A DNA stretch of 64,000 bases from an uncultured Candidatus Peribacteria bacterium (lineage in GTDB: Bacteria > Patescibacteriota > Gracilibacteria > Peribacterales > Peribacteraceae), in contig CAYRUZ010000001.1 of the NCBI GenBank assembly GCA_964427895.1, positions 31,480 to 95,479 of the forward strand, written 5' to 3'. Each line of letters opens with the position of its first letter. Position 1 is the stretch's first letter. The position numbers were made by a program, and so were the translations under genes. Under the pieces are notes generated by a model, which was not told the DNA's origin, ran no database searches, and worked only from the letters and a program-made list of their open reading frames with translations. Shown here in pieces: positions 7,122 to 16,171 of this stretch.

Positions 7122-8867
7122 ATGACGAATGCGCAGATCGCGGCAACGTTCGAGACCATCGCCAAGATCCTCGAGTACGAGAGCGAGAATCCGTTTCGTA
7201 TTCGCGCCTATCAACGCGCCGCCCAGACGATCGCCAACCTCAGCAAGAGCCTGGAAGACATCTACGGCGAGGAGGGGCTTAAAGGCCTGCGCGCTATCGA
7301 CGGCATCGGTGAAGATTTGGCGCTGAAGATCGAAGAACTAACGAAAACGGGCAAATTGGAGTATTTGGCCAAGCTCCAGGCGAAGGTGCCCGAAGGTATT
7401 CTCGCGATGATGGAAGTCGAGGGAGTGGGCCCAAAGAAAGCGAAACAGGTGGCTACCGAATTGAAGGTGAAGACCATCGCCGATCTCGAGAAGGTGGCCA
7501 AGGCCGGCACGCTCGCGCAACTGAAGGGGTGGGGCGAAACTTCTGCATCAAACGTATTGCGCGCCATCGCGCAGAAACGCACGGTCTCGGCGCGCGTGCC
7601 GATCTTCGTCGCGCTCCCCGTCGCGCAGGGCATCGTCGATCTGCTTAAAGATTCCGGACTCTGCAAGAAGGTGGAGATCGCAGGCAGTCTTCGCCGGCGG
7701 CGCGAGAGCATCGGCGACATCGACATCCTCGTAACAAGCACCAAGCCCGAGAAAGTGCTCGATCTTTTTGCCGAGATGGCGAACGTATTGCGCGTGCTCG
7801 CACGCGGTCCCACCAAATGTTCCGTGCTTCTCGCGACAGGCATCCAGTGCGATCTGCGCGTCGTCGAACCCGAGCTCTTCGGTGCCGCCCTGCATTACTT
7901 CACGGGCAGCAAAGATCACAACGTCACGCTGCGCACGATTGCTATCAAGAAAGGCATCACGATGTCCGAATACGGTGTGTTCAAGGGAACCGCGGAGAAG
8001 AAAGGAAAACTCCTCGCCTCGGCGACGGAAGAGGATGTCTTCGGCGCCTTGGGGCTGCCCTATATTCCCCCGGAGATTCGGGAGAACCGCGGCGAAATCG
8101 ATGCTGCGAAGAATGGGAACTTGCCGCGCCTCATCGAAGTGGAAGACATCCGCGGTGATCTGCACTGCCATTCGGATTTCTCCGATGGTGCGCTCAGCAT
8201 GGAGGAGATGGCTGCTGCGGCGCGCAACGCAGGACTCGAGTACATCGTGTTTGCCGATCATGCGTCACCCATGGGCATGGTGGCGGGCATAAAAGAGAAG
8301 AATGCCGCGCAGTATTTCCGCAAGATCGAAGCGGCCCGCAAGAAGGTGAAGGGGATTGAGATCCTCTCGGGTACAGAGGTGGACATCCTCGCGGATGGTT
8401 CGCTGTATCTGCCGGACGATCTGCTGTCGAAGTTCGATTGTGTGGTCGCATCTATTCACGGGGTGTTCAAACAGCCGCGCGAAGAGATGACGGCCCGTCT
8501 CATCAAGGCGATTCACAATCCTCACGTGGATATCATCGGGCACCCTACCACGCGTCTGCTTGGCAAAAGAAACGGCGTAGAGATGGATTTCGAAAGAGTC
8601 CTGCAGGAAGCCAAAAAATACGATACAGTGCTTGAGTTGAATGCGTCGCCCGAACGGTTGGATCTCGACGACATTCATTGCAAGCGTTGCACGGAAGTCG
8701 GAGTGAAATTGAGTATCGATACCGATGCGCACGCGGGCACCGGCTTTGATTACACCTATGGCATCAGTCAGGCGAAGCGCGGATGGGTGACGCCGAGCGA
8801 CGTCATCAACACCCTCCCGCTTGTGAAGCTGCGTGCGTTCCTCATGCAGCACAAAGCGGGGAAGTAG
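7122..8867 (+). CDS. polX: Family X DNA polymerase with C-terminal PHP phosphoesterase domain (PolX)
   Basis: N-terminal HhH region, pol-beta nucleotidyltransferase motif GSLRRRRESIGDIDILV, and PHP motifs DLHCHSDFSDG and DTDAH. Confidence 0.9.
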   Translation: MTNAQIAATFETIAKILEYESENPFRIRAYQRAAQTIANLSKSLEDIYGEEGLKGLRAIDGIGEDLALKIEELTKTGKLEYLAKLQAKVPEGILAMMEVEGVGPKKAKQVATELKVKTIADLEKVAKAGTLAQLKGWGETSASNVLRAIAQKRTVSARVPIFVALPVAQGIVDLLKDSGLCKKVEIAGSLRRRRESIGDIDILVTSTKPEKVLDLFAEMANVLRVLARGPTKCSVLLATGIQCDLRVVEPELFGAALHYFTGSKDHNVTLRTIAIKKGITMSEYGVFKGTAEKKGKLLASATEEDVFGALGLPYIPPEIRENRGEIDAAKNGNLPRLIEVEDIRGDLHCHSDFSDGALSMEEMAAAARNAGLEYIVFADHASPMGMVAGIKEKNAAQYFRKIEAARKKVKGIEILSGTEVDILADGSLYLPDDLLSKFDCVVASIHGVFKQPREEMTARLIKAIHNPHVDIIGHPTTRLLGKRNGVEMDFERVLQEAKKYDTVLELNASPERLDLDDIHCKRCTEVGVKLSIDTDAHAGTGFDYTYGISQAKRGWVTPSDVINTLPLVKLRAFLMQHKAGK

Positions 8868-8960
8868 ATGGTTCTTGCGCGAAGGGGAGACAGGATGATC
8901 TGCTGAAGCACTCCAAGAAGGCGTGTTCCACAAGACCTGCACAATGCACCGCGTGCTACG

Positions 8961-9725
8961 ATGTCCTCCATGCGGTTCTCGCGTGTCGCTCTATGCGTCG
9001 TTTCTGCTCTGCTCTGCGTCTCGTGCACGAAAGAGCGGCCAGCCGGCACCCCGCCCGAGGCATTGTTGCGAGAAAAAGGCCAAGCACTGTTCGGCGGCAA
9101 AATTTTTACGTGGGCGCGGACGAATAAGGCGGGCATCGATACCTTGGCAGTGCGTATTCCGGAGGTGACGCTCAACAACGCGCAAGACGCGGGGTCCGTG
9201 ACGATTGATGTTCCGACGCTTGTGCGCGAGACCACGGTGGTGCGCGACGTGTACGTCGGGTACGACGAGAATGGATCGTCGCCGCACCCGCACGCGCCTC
9301 CCTACCTCGTGGTGCGGCTCTTCACGCTCGAGCCGCAGGATCGCACAGGTATCCTCTGCGGCAATCCGCCGCATGTGGATCAGCACCAACTGCCGTCGAA
9401 CGTACACGTTTGGGGCGCCCGGCCGTACTGCCAAGCGGGGATCGGGTCCATGGCATGGCCGGAAGGGGGAAGCAACGTCGTCCTGCTCGGAACCACGACG
9501 AAGGCGAATGGGGCGGAATTCTCGTACGACGCCGGGTCCATTGTCTCGCTGGGCCTGTTCATCAACATTGATGTTTTGCAAAAGAAGCAGCGCGTCATCA
9601 TCGATATCCCCGAACCGCATGAGTCGTGGTCGCTCCGCTATCCCACCCGTGCAACGATCACCTTCAATGACGAAGATAACGGATACGATGTCGCTTTCAC
9701 CGACTGGGTCTCTCCTGGCAAATGA
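8961..9725 (+). CDS. Hypothetical lipoprotein
   Basis: Signal peptide with a lipobox (ALLCVSC). No recognised catalytic motif. Confidence 0.6.
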   Translation: MSSMRFSRVALCVVSALLCVSCTKERPAGTPPEALLREKGQALFGGKIFTWARTNKAGIDTLAVRIPEVTLNNAQDAGSVTIDVPTLVRETTVVRDVYVGYDENGSSPHPHAPPYLVVRLFTLEPQDRTGILCGNPPHVDQHQLPSNVHVWGARPYCQAGIGSMAWPEGGSNVVLLGTTTKANGAEFSYDAGSIVSLGLFINIDVLQKKQRVIIDIPEPHESWSLRYPTRATITFNDEDNGYDVAFTDWVSPGK

Positions 9726-9862
9726 GCGATCAACGGCCCGCGTCGGCGTGCGAAGACCGTTGCCCGGTGTGTGGCGGCCACCTCACGGAGCGTCGCCTCA
9801 AGAAGCACTGCGATACGTGCGGGATTCTCTGCGAGACGTGTTGCGATAATGGAAAGGCGTGA
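9722..9862 (+). CDS. Unlisted 46-aa Cys-rich zinc-ribbon-like ORF (MSDQRPASACEDRCPVCGGHLTERRLKKHCDTCGILCETCCDNGKA)
   Basis: Its ATG overlaps the upstream TGA (ATGA at 9722..9725). It has CxxC pairs (CPVC, CDTC, CETCC). It is below the 60-aa cutoff of the supplied track; I translated it by hand. Confidence 0.45.
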   Translation: MSDQRPASACEDRCPVCGGHLTERRLKKHCDTCGILCETCCDNGKA

Positions 9863-9904
9863 AGATTCTTGGTACTGCCACTAGTCTCCCGTATTCTTTT
9901 TGCT

Positions 9905-10381
9905 ATGGAAACTGCAGAAACGCTCGTGACTGATTATCTCAATACGCCGCTTGGATGGGTGCGCTTAACGGCGGATGAGAGAGGTCTGCGTTCGTGCGAT
10001 TTCGTCACGAAGCCGGGAAAGGCGCAGGGCATGAATGCCGTGCTGTCCCGTTCCAAGAAGGAGTTCGGGGAGTATTTCGCCGGAAAACGGAAGAGCTTCA
10101 CCATTCCGTTCTCGCGCGGTGGAACCGAATTCCAAAACGCGGTGTGGCATCAGATTGAATCTGTTCCCTTCGGTCAGCGCATGTCGTACGGCGAGATCGC
10201 TCGCAGCATCAAGCGTCCCCGCGCCGTTCGGGCCGTCGGTACCGCAGTGGGCGCCAATCCGCTGCCGGTCGTGGTTCCGTGTCACCGGATCGTGTCGTCC
10301 GGACCGGTCGACGCCGGCCACTTTTCCGCCGGCCGATGGCGCAAGACGTGGCTCTTGCGCCATGAGCAGGAGGGCGAATAG
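9905..10381 (+). CDS. ogt: Methylated-DNA--protein-cysteine methyltransferase
   Basis: Active-site PCHRIV motif and a preceding MSYGEIA..AVG.A.G.NP helix-turn-helix region. The ATG at 9905 is preferred over the TTG at 9869. Confidence 0.85.
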   Translation: METAETLVTDYLNTPLGWVRLTADERGLRSCDFVTKPGKAQGMNAVLSRSKKEFGEYFAGKRKSFTIPFSRGGTEFQNAVWHQIESVPFGQRMSYGEIARSIKRPRAVRAVGTAVGANPLPVVVPCHRIVSSGPVDAGHFSAGRWRKTWLLRHEQEGE

Positions 10382-10472
10382 CCCGAATTTGGCTCTGGAA
10401 GTCAAAAAGAAGCCAGAATTTCGTCGATTTCCCTCTGGACCTCCGCCAAAAAATCTTTACACTCGGCGAACT

Positions 10473-10490
10473 GCGCTCCCTTCGGAGCGC
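10473..10490 (+). other. Stem-loop in the ogt-typA spacer (7-bp stem, CTTC loop)
   Basis: GCGCTCC (10473..10479), CTTC loop, GGAGCGC (10484..10490). A T-run lies just before the typA ATG. Its role (terminator or leader structure) is unknown. Confidence 0.3.
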
Positions 10491-10511
10491 GTGCCAATTT
10501 CTCGCGTTTTT

Positions 10512-12311
10512 ATGCCCATCCGCAACATCGCCATCATCGCACACGTCGACCATGGCAAAACCACCCTCGTCGACGCGCTCCTCAAGCAGGGCGGCGCCTT
10601 CGCGGAACACGAGAAAGATGAGGCCGGAGAATTGATCATGGACAGCAATGCCCAGGAAAAAGAGCGTGGCATCACGATCTTCGCGAAGAACGCGTCGATC
10701 AATTACAAGGACTGCAAGATCAACCTGATCGACACGCCGGGACACGCCGACTTCGGATCCGAAGTGGAGCGCATCCTGCGCACAGTCGACTGCGTGCTGC
10801 TGCTCGTCGACGCCCAGGAAGGGCCGATGCCGCAGACGAAGTTCGTGCTCAAGAAATCGCTCGAGCTCGGCATGAAGCCGATTGTCGTCATCAACAAGAT
10901 CGACAAGCCGGCCGCTCGCCCGATGGAAGTGATCGATATGGTCTTCGATCTTTTCGTCGCGCTCGGTGCCAACGACGAACAGGTCGACTTCCCCTACATC
11001 TTCGCGATTGCTCGCGAAGGGGTGGCGAAGCGCAAGCTTGATGACACGTCCAAGGACCTCACGCCGCTCTTCGACCTCATCATGGAGAAGGTCGCACCGG
11101 CAACCGAAGACACGAGCAAGCCCTTCCGCATGCAGCCGTCCTCCCTCGGATTCGACAACTACGTCGGACGCCTGGGCATCGGCCGCGTGTACGAAGGAGT
11201 GGTGAAGACCGGCGATACGGTGTACATCAAGAAGCCCGATGGCAGCCAGCGCACGGCGAAGATCTCCAAGGTGTACGTCTACAAGGGCCTCAATCGCACA
11301 GAAGTGCCGGAAGGCAAGGCGGGCGACATCGTCATCCTCGCCGGTATCCCCGATATCTACGTGGGAGAGACTATCACGACGGATGAGAAGGCGGAGCCTC
11401 TGCCGGCCATCCACATCGATCCGCCGACGGTCACGATGACCTTCCTCGTCAACAACTCGCCGTTCGCGGGACGCGAAGGCAAGCTCGTCACGACGCGTCA
11501 CATCAAGGCGCGTCTGGAGAAAGAGAAGGAGACGAACGTCGGTCTCGAAGTGGAGGAAATCCCGAACTCCGATGCGTACAAAGTCTCCGGCCGCGGGGAA
11601 CTCCACCTCTCGGTGCTTTTGGAATCCATGCGTCGCGAAGGCTTTGAAATCCAGGTGAGCCGCCCGCAGGTGATCATGCGCGAAACCGCGACTGGTAAGG
11701 AGGAGCCGATCGAGCAGGCCATCATCGACGTGCCGGAGGCTTCAAGCGGAACCATCATCGACATGCTCAGCCGCCGCAAAGGAGAAATGGTCGACATGCG
11801 CACCATGGAAGGACAGACGCGTCTGGAATTCAAAGTCCCGACGCGCGGACTCCTCGGTTTCCGCGGCGAATTCATCATCGAGACCCGTGGCGAAGGCATC
11901 CTGACGCACTCGTTCATCGGTTACGAGCCGTACAAGGGCGATCTGCCGGGCCGCACGCGCGGTTCCATCATTTCCATGATGACCGGCGAGGCGACGGCGT
12001 ACGACCTCTGGAAGATCGAGGAGCGCGGCATTCTCTTCATCACGCCGGGCACCAAGATGTACGAAGGCATGATCATCGGCGAATCCGCCAAGGATCAGGA
12101 CATGGCCGTGAACGTGACGAAGGGAAAGAAGCTCACGAACACGCGCGCATCCGGTACCGACGAAGCGGTGAACCTCACGCCGGTGAAACCGATGAGCCTC
12201 GAGCAGGCTCTCGAGTACATCGATGATGATGAGCTTGTCGAGATCACGCCGGAGAACATCCGCCTGCGCAAGAAGCTCCTGACGGAGAACGAGCGCAAGC
12301 GCGCGAAGTAA
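10512..12311 (+). CDS. typA: Translational GTPase TypA/BipA
   Basis: [27 protein letters not shown] and NKID G-motifs; 599 aa. The upstream 159 codons of the track ORF overlap ogt and are rejected. Confidence 0.92.
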   Translation: MPIRNIAIIAHVDHGKTTLVDALLKQGGAFAEHEKDEAGELIMDSNAQEKERGITIFAKNASINYKDCKINLIDTPGHADFGSEVERILRTVDCVLLLVDAQEGPMPQTKFVLKKSLELGMKPIVVINKIDKPAARPMEVIDMVFDLFVALGANDEQVDFPYIFAIAREGVAKRKLDDTSKDLTPLFDLIMEKVAPATEDTSKPFRMQPSSLGFDNYVGRLGIGRVYEGVVKTGDTVYIKKPDGSQRTAKISKVYVYKGLNRTEVPEGKAGDIVILAGIPDIYVGETITTDEKAEPLPAIHIDPPTVTMTFLVNNSPFAGREGKLVTTRHIKARLEKEKETNVGLEVEEIPNSDAYKVSGRGELHLSVLLESMRREGFEIQVSRPQVIMRETATGKEEPIEQAIIDVPEASSGTIIDMLSRRKGEMVDMRTMEGQTRLEFKVPTRGLLGFRGEFIIETRGEGILTHSFIGYEPYKGDLPGRTRGSIISMMTGEATAYDLWKIEERGILFITPGTKMYEGMIIGESAKDQDMAVNVTKGKKLTNTRASGTDEAVNLTPVKPMSLEQALEYIDDDELVEITPENIRLRKKLLTENERKRAK

Positions 12312-13592
12312 TCACGGCAGCTCGTACCGCCGCACGTCCTTCGGTGCCATGTGGCCCTCAGCGTCGTATTTGCCCGTGCCGAGTTGCACTTGGAGGTAAT
12401 CGAAGACCGAGTAGGACAGGCTGTGGTTGTCGTTCCACCGAATGTCATACTGGCTGCTCAATCCCTGGCCCCCATTGAGCGACTCATTCTCCGGGAGCTC
12501 TACGGCAAGCCAACTCGTGTCCTTCTGGAGGTCGATGACGTACAGCCGGTTCTCCGCGCTCGAGTCTTCTTTCGACGTGCGCGGCAGGGCGATATACCGG
12601 TGATTCGTCGAGAGTTTCTCTCCGCCGAAGGTGCTGCGGTAGACATCGTTCACCGCCATCTTCTCGATGCCGAATGTCGGCGTATAGCGGTACAAATCTC
12701 CACCCGGGTGATCGGTCTCCATCAAGATGAACTGCAGCACGACGCCTTCGCAGACTGGCTGTGCGTAGTATCGAAGTGTGTAGTTGTACTCATCCTGAAG
12801 TACGGGAAGGGCCTCCTTCACGCTTTCCAATGACACGCTCTGCGTGCCCGCATCCGTGTCGACGCGGACGATCTGCGCGTCCCACATTTTTTCAGCGGCC
12901 GTTTCGCCGGCATAGAATCCGTAGCGCACTTCGTACCGCACCGCGCAATCGGCGCGGTGATCCAGACGAAGCAGCGGTCCGCGTTCGGCGATTTGCTGGA
13001 ACGTCGTGCTGGGAAGATCCGTGCGTTTATCGAGGACTCGCCAGAGAACGCTCGCGATGTCCTGCCTGCGCACCAATTGTTCGAACGATTCGAGTGAATA
13101 GTGCAGGGCGTTTTTTTCGGCAAGAGTGTCGATATAGGGCTTGAACCAGGGCTGCGTTGGATTGCTCTTCGGGACCGAGAGCTCCAACCCGTTCGCGATG
13201 ATTTTGCTCATCTCCACGAGATTCACAAAGCGCGACGGATGGAAGGTACCGTCCGGATAACCGTTGATGATGCCGAGTTGCACCGCGTTGCACAGGTCGT
13301 CCGCGTACCACACCTCTGCAGGAACATCCGAGAAAGGCGCGTGCCCCTTGCAGCCTCCTCCGACGGGCAGTTGCGAACGCTCGCGCTCGCGCATGATCAC
13401 CTTCACCAATTCCGCCCGGTTGAGATAATTCATGCCCCGGAAATATCCGTCCGCGTAGCCCGGCATCAATCCCTTTTCTTCCATGGAATGGATCGGCTCG
13501 GCGAATGGGTGCGTGTCGGAGACGTCGTTGAACGCCGACGCGGCCGACGGCAGGAACAGCAGAAACGTGAGGGTGTATCGAAGCAATCGCAT
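12312..13592 (-). CDS. Secreted SLH-domain protein
   Basis: Signal peptide MRLLRYTLTFLLFLPSAASA, then SLH-like repeats (FNDVSDTHPFAEPIHSMEEKGLMPGYADGYF, FSDVPAEVWYADDLCNAVQLGIINGYPDGTF). Confidence 0.7.
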   Translation of the reverse strand: MRLLRYTLTFLLFLPSAASAFNDVSDTHPFAEPIHSMEEKGLMPGYADGYFRGMNYLNRAELVKVIMRERERSQLPVGGGCKGHAPFSDVPAEVWYADDLCNAVQLGIINGYPDGTFHPSRFVNLVEMSKIIANGLELSVPKSNPTQPWFKPYIDTLAEKNALHYSLESFEQLVRRQDIASVLWRVLDKRTDLPSTTFQQIAERGPLLRLDHRADCAVRYEVRYGFYAGETAAEKMWDAQIVRVDTDAGTQSVSLESVKEALPVLQDEYNYTLRYYAQPVCEGVVLQFILMETDHPGGDLYRYTPTFGIEKMAVNDVYRSTFGGEKLSTNHRYIALPRTSKEDSSAENRLYVIDLQKDTSWLAVELPENESLNGGQGLSSQYDIRWNDNHSLSYSVFDYLQVQLGTGKYDAEGHMAPKDVRRYELP

Positions 13593-13628
13593 GGAGATCA
13601 GCGTACTCCCAACCTGCGACCAATGCCA

Positions 13629-14747
13629 TTAACGGCTGCTCGGCAGCCCTTTGGGCGTGGGGATGGATGAGCGGATGCGAGCGCTGGCGTCGCGCCAAAT
13701 GCAGGCGGTCCGGTTCGACGTGCCGCACCGCGTCGGCAAATTGTCCCGATAGACCAGCATGCGGAACAAGGAGACGATCATCTCCCTGCGCGACAGCCCG
13801 TGCACGCCGTCGAAGCTCTTGTTGGCGAAGTCGTACAACCCCATCGTCTGGGCGTTTCCCGCTGCTACCGCGAACCAATCCGTGGCTTTCACGTCGCGGA
13901 AGATGGGAGCGGCGAGAGCGGGGATGCGACAGGCTTTCGTGATCATCGTCGCGGCTTCGACGCGGCGAATGCGAGCAGACGGTTTGAACAACGCGGTTCC
14001 TCCGCTCATCGTCACGACGCCGAGCTTATAGGCGGTTTTGACGTACGGGCTGTACCAATCGGTGTCCGTGACGTCGCGGAACGGTTCGGTCGCATCGGCA
14101 ACGAGGGGATTGCCGCAGGCAAGCAGGATCATTTTGAGTCCTTCCGCGCGCGAAACATCGTCGGTCCCGTGCAGCTCGCCGTCCGATTTTCCATCGATGA
14201 TGCCGCGACGCAGCATCTCGATTGCCGCACGTCCTTCTTCATCGGTGATGCGCGTATCAGCGAACGGCGCGTGGTAGCTGGCCACGTCATTGAGGACAGG
14301 ATCCTCGTAATCCGCTACAGGTACGGCTTTCCAATCGGGGCACGCGGAGGCGAAAGCTTTCGCTTGGCCTTCGTATGACGCGCTGCCATTGCGCTCCGAT
14401 GTCATGAGGATTTTTAGAAGACCGAGACATCCGGAGCTTTCCGCGGGAGCGACGGCCGTGGAACGACAGAGGGTTTCATAGCGGCGCTTGTCGTTTTCCG
14501 TGTAGGACTGGCGGTCGATGCGCTTCTGCAAATCCGCGCATACTTCTGCGGTACAGATTTTGTCGTACTGTGCCGAGAGGGTGGAGTATTCGCCGGAGGC
14601 AGGGTCGGCTTGCAACAATTGCGAGCGCAGCTCGCTGCAGGTAGTGCCGGTCGCGGCGGCATGGCCTGTCGCCACAAATCCACCACATGTTGCCGCGGCA
14701 ATGAGAAGCGGGATTGCCGATTGACGCGCACGGGCAAGCAGAATCAC
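13629..14747 (-). CDS. Secreted protein with C-terminal SLH domains
   Basis: N-terminal signal or anchor, a Cys-containing N-terminal half, and SLH-like repeats (FADTRITDEEGRAAIEML, FRDVTDTDWYSPYVKTAYKLGVV, FRDVKATDWFAVAAGNA). GTG start. Confidence 0.65.
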   Translation of the reverse strand: MILLARARQSAIPLLIAAATCGGFVATGHAAATGTTCSELRSQLLQADPASGEYSTLSAQYDKICTAEVCADLQKRIDRQSYTENDKRRYETLCRSTAVAPAESSGCLGLLKILMTSERNGSASYEGQAKAFASACPDWKAVPVADYEDPVLNDVASYHAPFADTRITDEEGRAAIEMLRRGIIDGKSDGELHGTDDVSRAEGLKMILLACGNPLVADATEPFRDVTDTDWYSPYVKTAYKLGVVTMSGGTALFKPSARIRRVEAATMITKACRIPALAAPIFRDVKATDWFAVAAGNAQTMGLYDFANKSFDGVHGLSRREMIVSLFRMLVYRDNLPTRCGTSNRTACIWRDASARIRSSIPTPKGLPSSR

Positions 14748-14784
14748 GCCTCTATTGTACGAAGGGCAAAAACAAGAACAATTG

Positions 14785-15036
14785 TCAGACGCGTCGAAGG
14801 ACGTTAAGCCAGAAGAGCGCGATGAGGCCCACGAGCAGCCCGACCAGCATGGCGCAACTGAAGCTCAGCGGCATGGGCCACCCCAGGCGCAGAGCCTGAA
14901 AAGATCGCGCCCCGACACAGAATGCCAATGCACCGATGACGAGATCCCAGCTCATTTCCCAGCCGCTTTCGCGGTACACGCGACTGGCGGTGTATCCGAG
15001 GAGAAGGCCGATAGAGGTGAAGACCAGCAGGTCCAT
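14785..15036 (-). CDS. Small membrane protein, GlsB/YeaQ/YmgE-like
   Basis: 83 aa with three Gly-rich hydrophobic helices. Family assignment is by eye only. Confidence 0.45.
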   Translation of the reverse strand: MDLLVFTSIGLLLGYTASRVYRESGWEMSWDLVIGALAFCVGARSFQALRLGWPMPLSFSCAMLVGLLVGLIALFWLNVLRRV

Positions 15037-15101
15037 GGCGGTGGGGAGGGGGCTATTGTCTACAAAGACGCAGCGAGCGCCAGATTCTTAAGAGGAAGAT
15101 G

Positions 15102-15130
15102 TTGACATAAAATACATTTTAATTTTAAAT
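15102..15130 (+). promoter_or_regulatory. sigma70-type promoter (TTGACA-17 nt-TTAAAT) of the Cys-repeat protein gene
   Basis: A consensus -35 TTGACA at 15102..15107, a 17-nt AT-rich spacer, and TTAAAT at 15125..15130. It lies 23 nt upstream of the ATG at 15153. Confidence 0.6.
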
Positions 15131-15152
15131 ATACAACCTTTTTCTTCCTTTT

Positions 15153-16115
15153 ATGTTCCGAAGCCTGCGATCCCTCGCCGTCAGTCTGCCGCTGTCCGCC
15201 AGTACGATCGCCATGCTCGTGGGCGGTGCGACCGGTTCCGCCGCCGGGGCATTCGACTTGGGCGGCAGCGCCGACGCGTCGCCGTTCAACGTCGATATCG
15301 GGGCGTATTTCGCTAGCCATCCGGAGTTGTTCGCCAAGGTGAATCCGAGCAACGCCTGCCCTCTTCCGCCCCCCGGTCCGCTGCCGCCGAATTGCCATCG
15401 CGACTGCGAGAACATCTTTGATAATGGAGGATGTCCGGTGTGTACCATCCGCTGCGACGGATCGAGCGGGTACACCCCGTGTCCGCCCGTCGAGCTGCCG
15501 CATGTCGGCAAGGGCTGTTATACGAAGTGCAGCGATGACGTGAATGGTTGCCCGGTCTGCGTGGAAGAGTGCTACGACCTGGGAGACCCCCCGCCTCCGC
15601 CCGTTTCCTGTCCCGACGTGAAGCTTTGGCCGGTCGGTCCGACGTGCTCCAACAAGTGTTCGCGCGATGCCAACGGCTGTACAACCTGCACCGAAGAATG
15701 CTTCCAGCCGCAGCAGGCACCGGCCCCGGATCCGTGGGTGAACATGCCTGCCCCCGCCTGTCCGGAGTTCCGCAAAGACGATCTCGGACCGGGTTGTTAC
15801 TACGCCTGCAAGACCGGTGAAAACGGTTGCCCGGACTGTTGGGCAGAGTGCCCGGCGGCTCCCGCGCCGAGCTGCAAGTCGGAGCCGTTTGCGCCAGCTC
15901 CCAACGGCTGTTTCTACGACTGCACGACCAGCCCGGATTCCTGCCCAGTGTGTAACTTGAAGTGTGATCCGTGGGTGAACATGCCCCCACCCCCTCCCCC
16001 CAGCGGAAACTGCCATACGGGCCCATTTGATCCCGTTGCACCGGGTTGCTTCTACGACTGCGCCGATCGCGGAAACGGCTGCTTTGAATGCTCGGTGAAG
16101 TGCAGCCAATGGTAA
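15153..16115 (+). CDS. Secreted protein made of six copies of a 6-Cys repeat (C-x11-C-x3-C-x6/8-C-x2-C-x3-C) joined by Pro-rich linkers
   Basis: Signal peptide, and 36 Cys in 320 aa at strictly periodic positions (C69/81/85/94/97/101 through C287/299/303/310/313/317). Recurring GC(F/Y)Y.C....NGCP.C...C strings. Confidence 0.8.
   Translation: MFRSLRSLAVSLPLSASTIAMLVGGATGSAAGAFDLGGSADASPFNVDIGAYFASHPELFAKVNPSNACPLPPPGPLPPNCHRDCENIFDNGGCPVCTIRCDGSSGYTPCPPVELPHVGKGCYTKCSDDVNGCPVCVEECYDLGDPPPPPVSCPDVKLWPVGPTCSNKCSRDANGCTTCTEECFQPQQAPAPDPWVNMPAPACPEFRKDDLGPGCYYACKTGENGCPDCWAECPAAPAPSCKSEPFAPAPNGCFYDCTTSPDSCPVCNLKCDPWVNMPPPPPPSGNCHTGPFDPVAPGCFYDCADRGNGCFECSVKCSQW
15729..15985 (+). repeat. Exact 20-nt direct repeat GATCCGTGGGTGAACATGCC (15729..15748 and 15966..15985) inside the Cys-repeat gene
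   Basis: Both copies encode DPWVNMP. They are 237 nt (79 codons, two repeat units) apart. Confidence 0.9.
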
Positions 16116-16128
16116 GCCGACAGAATCA

Positions 16129-16156
16129 TTGACCCGCCGGTCACCGGACGTAGAAT
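16129..16156 (+). promoter_or_regulatory. sigma70-type promoter (TTGACC-16 nt-TAGAAT)
   Basis: TTGACC at 16129..16134 and TAGAAT at 16151..16156. The ATG of the next gene is at 16172 and no SD is visible. Confidence 0.5.
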
Positions 16157-16171
16157 CCCTCCCTTGCCCTC

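Noticed and set aside
10035-10511. The upstream 159 codons of the typA track ORF, and similar long 5' extensions of the track ORFs at 3825, 19993..21351, 35076..36251, 38279..38872, 48843..50576 and 62011..63945.
   Set aside because: The extensions overlap neighbouring real genes and have Arg/Pro-rich nonsense composition. Conserved N-termini begin at internal ATGs, which I verified in the sequence.
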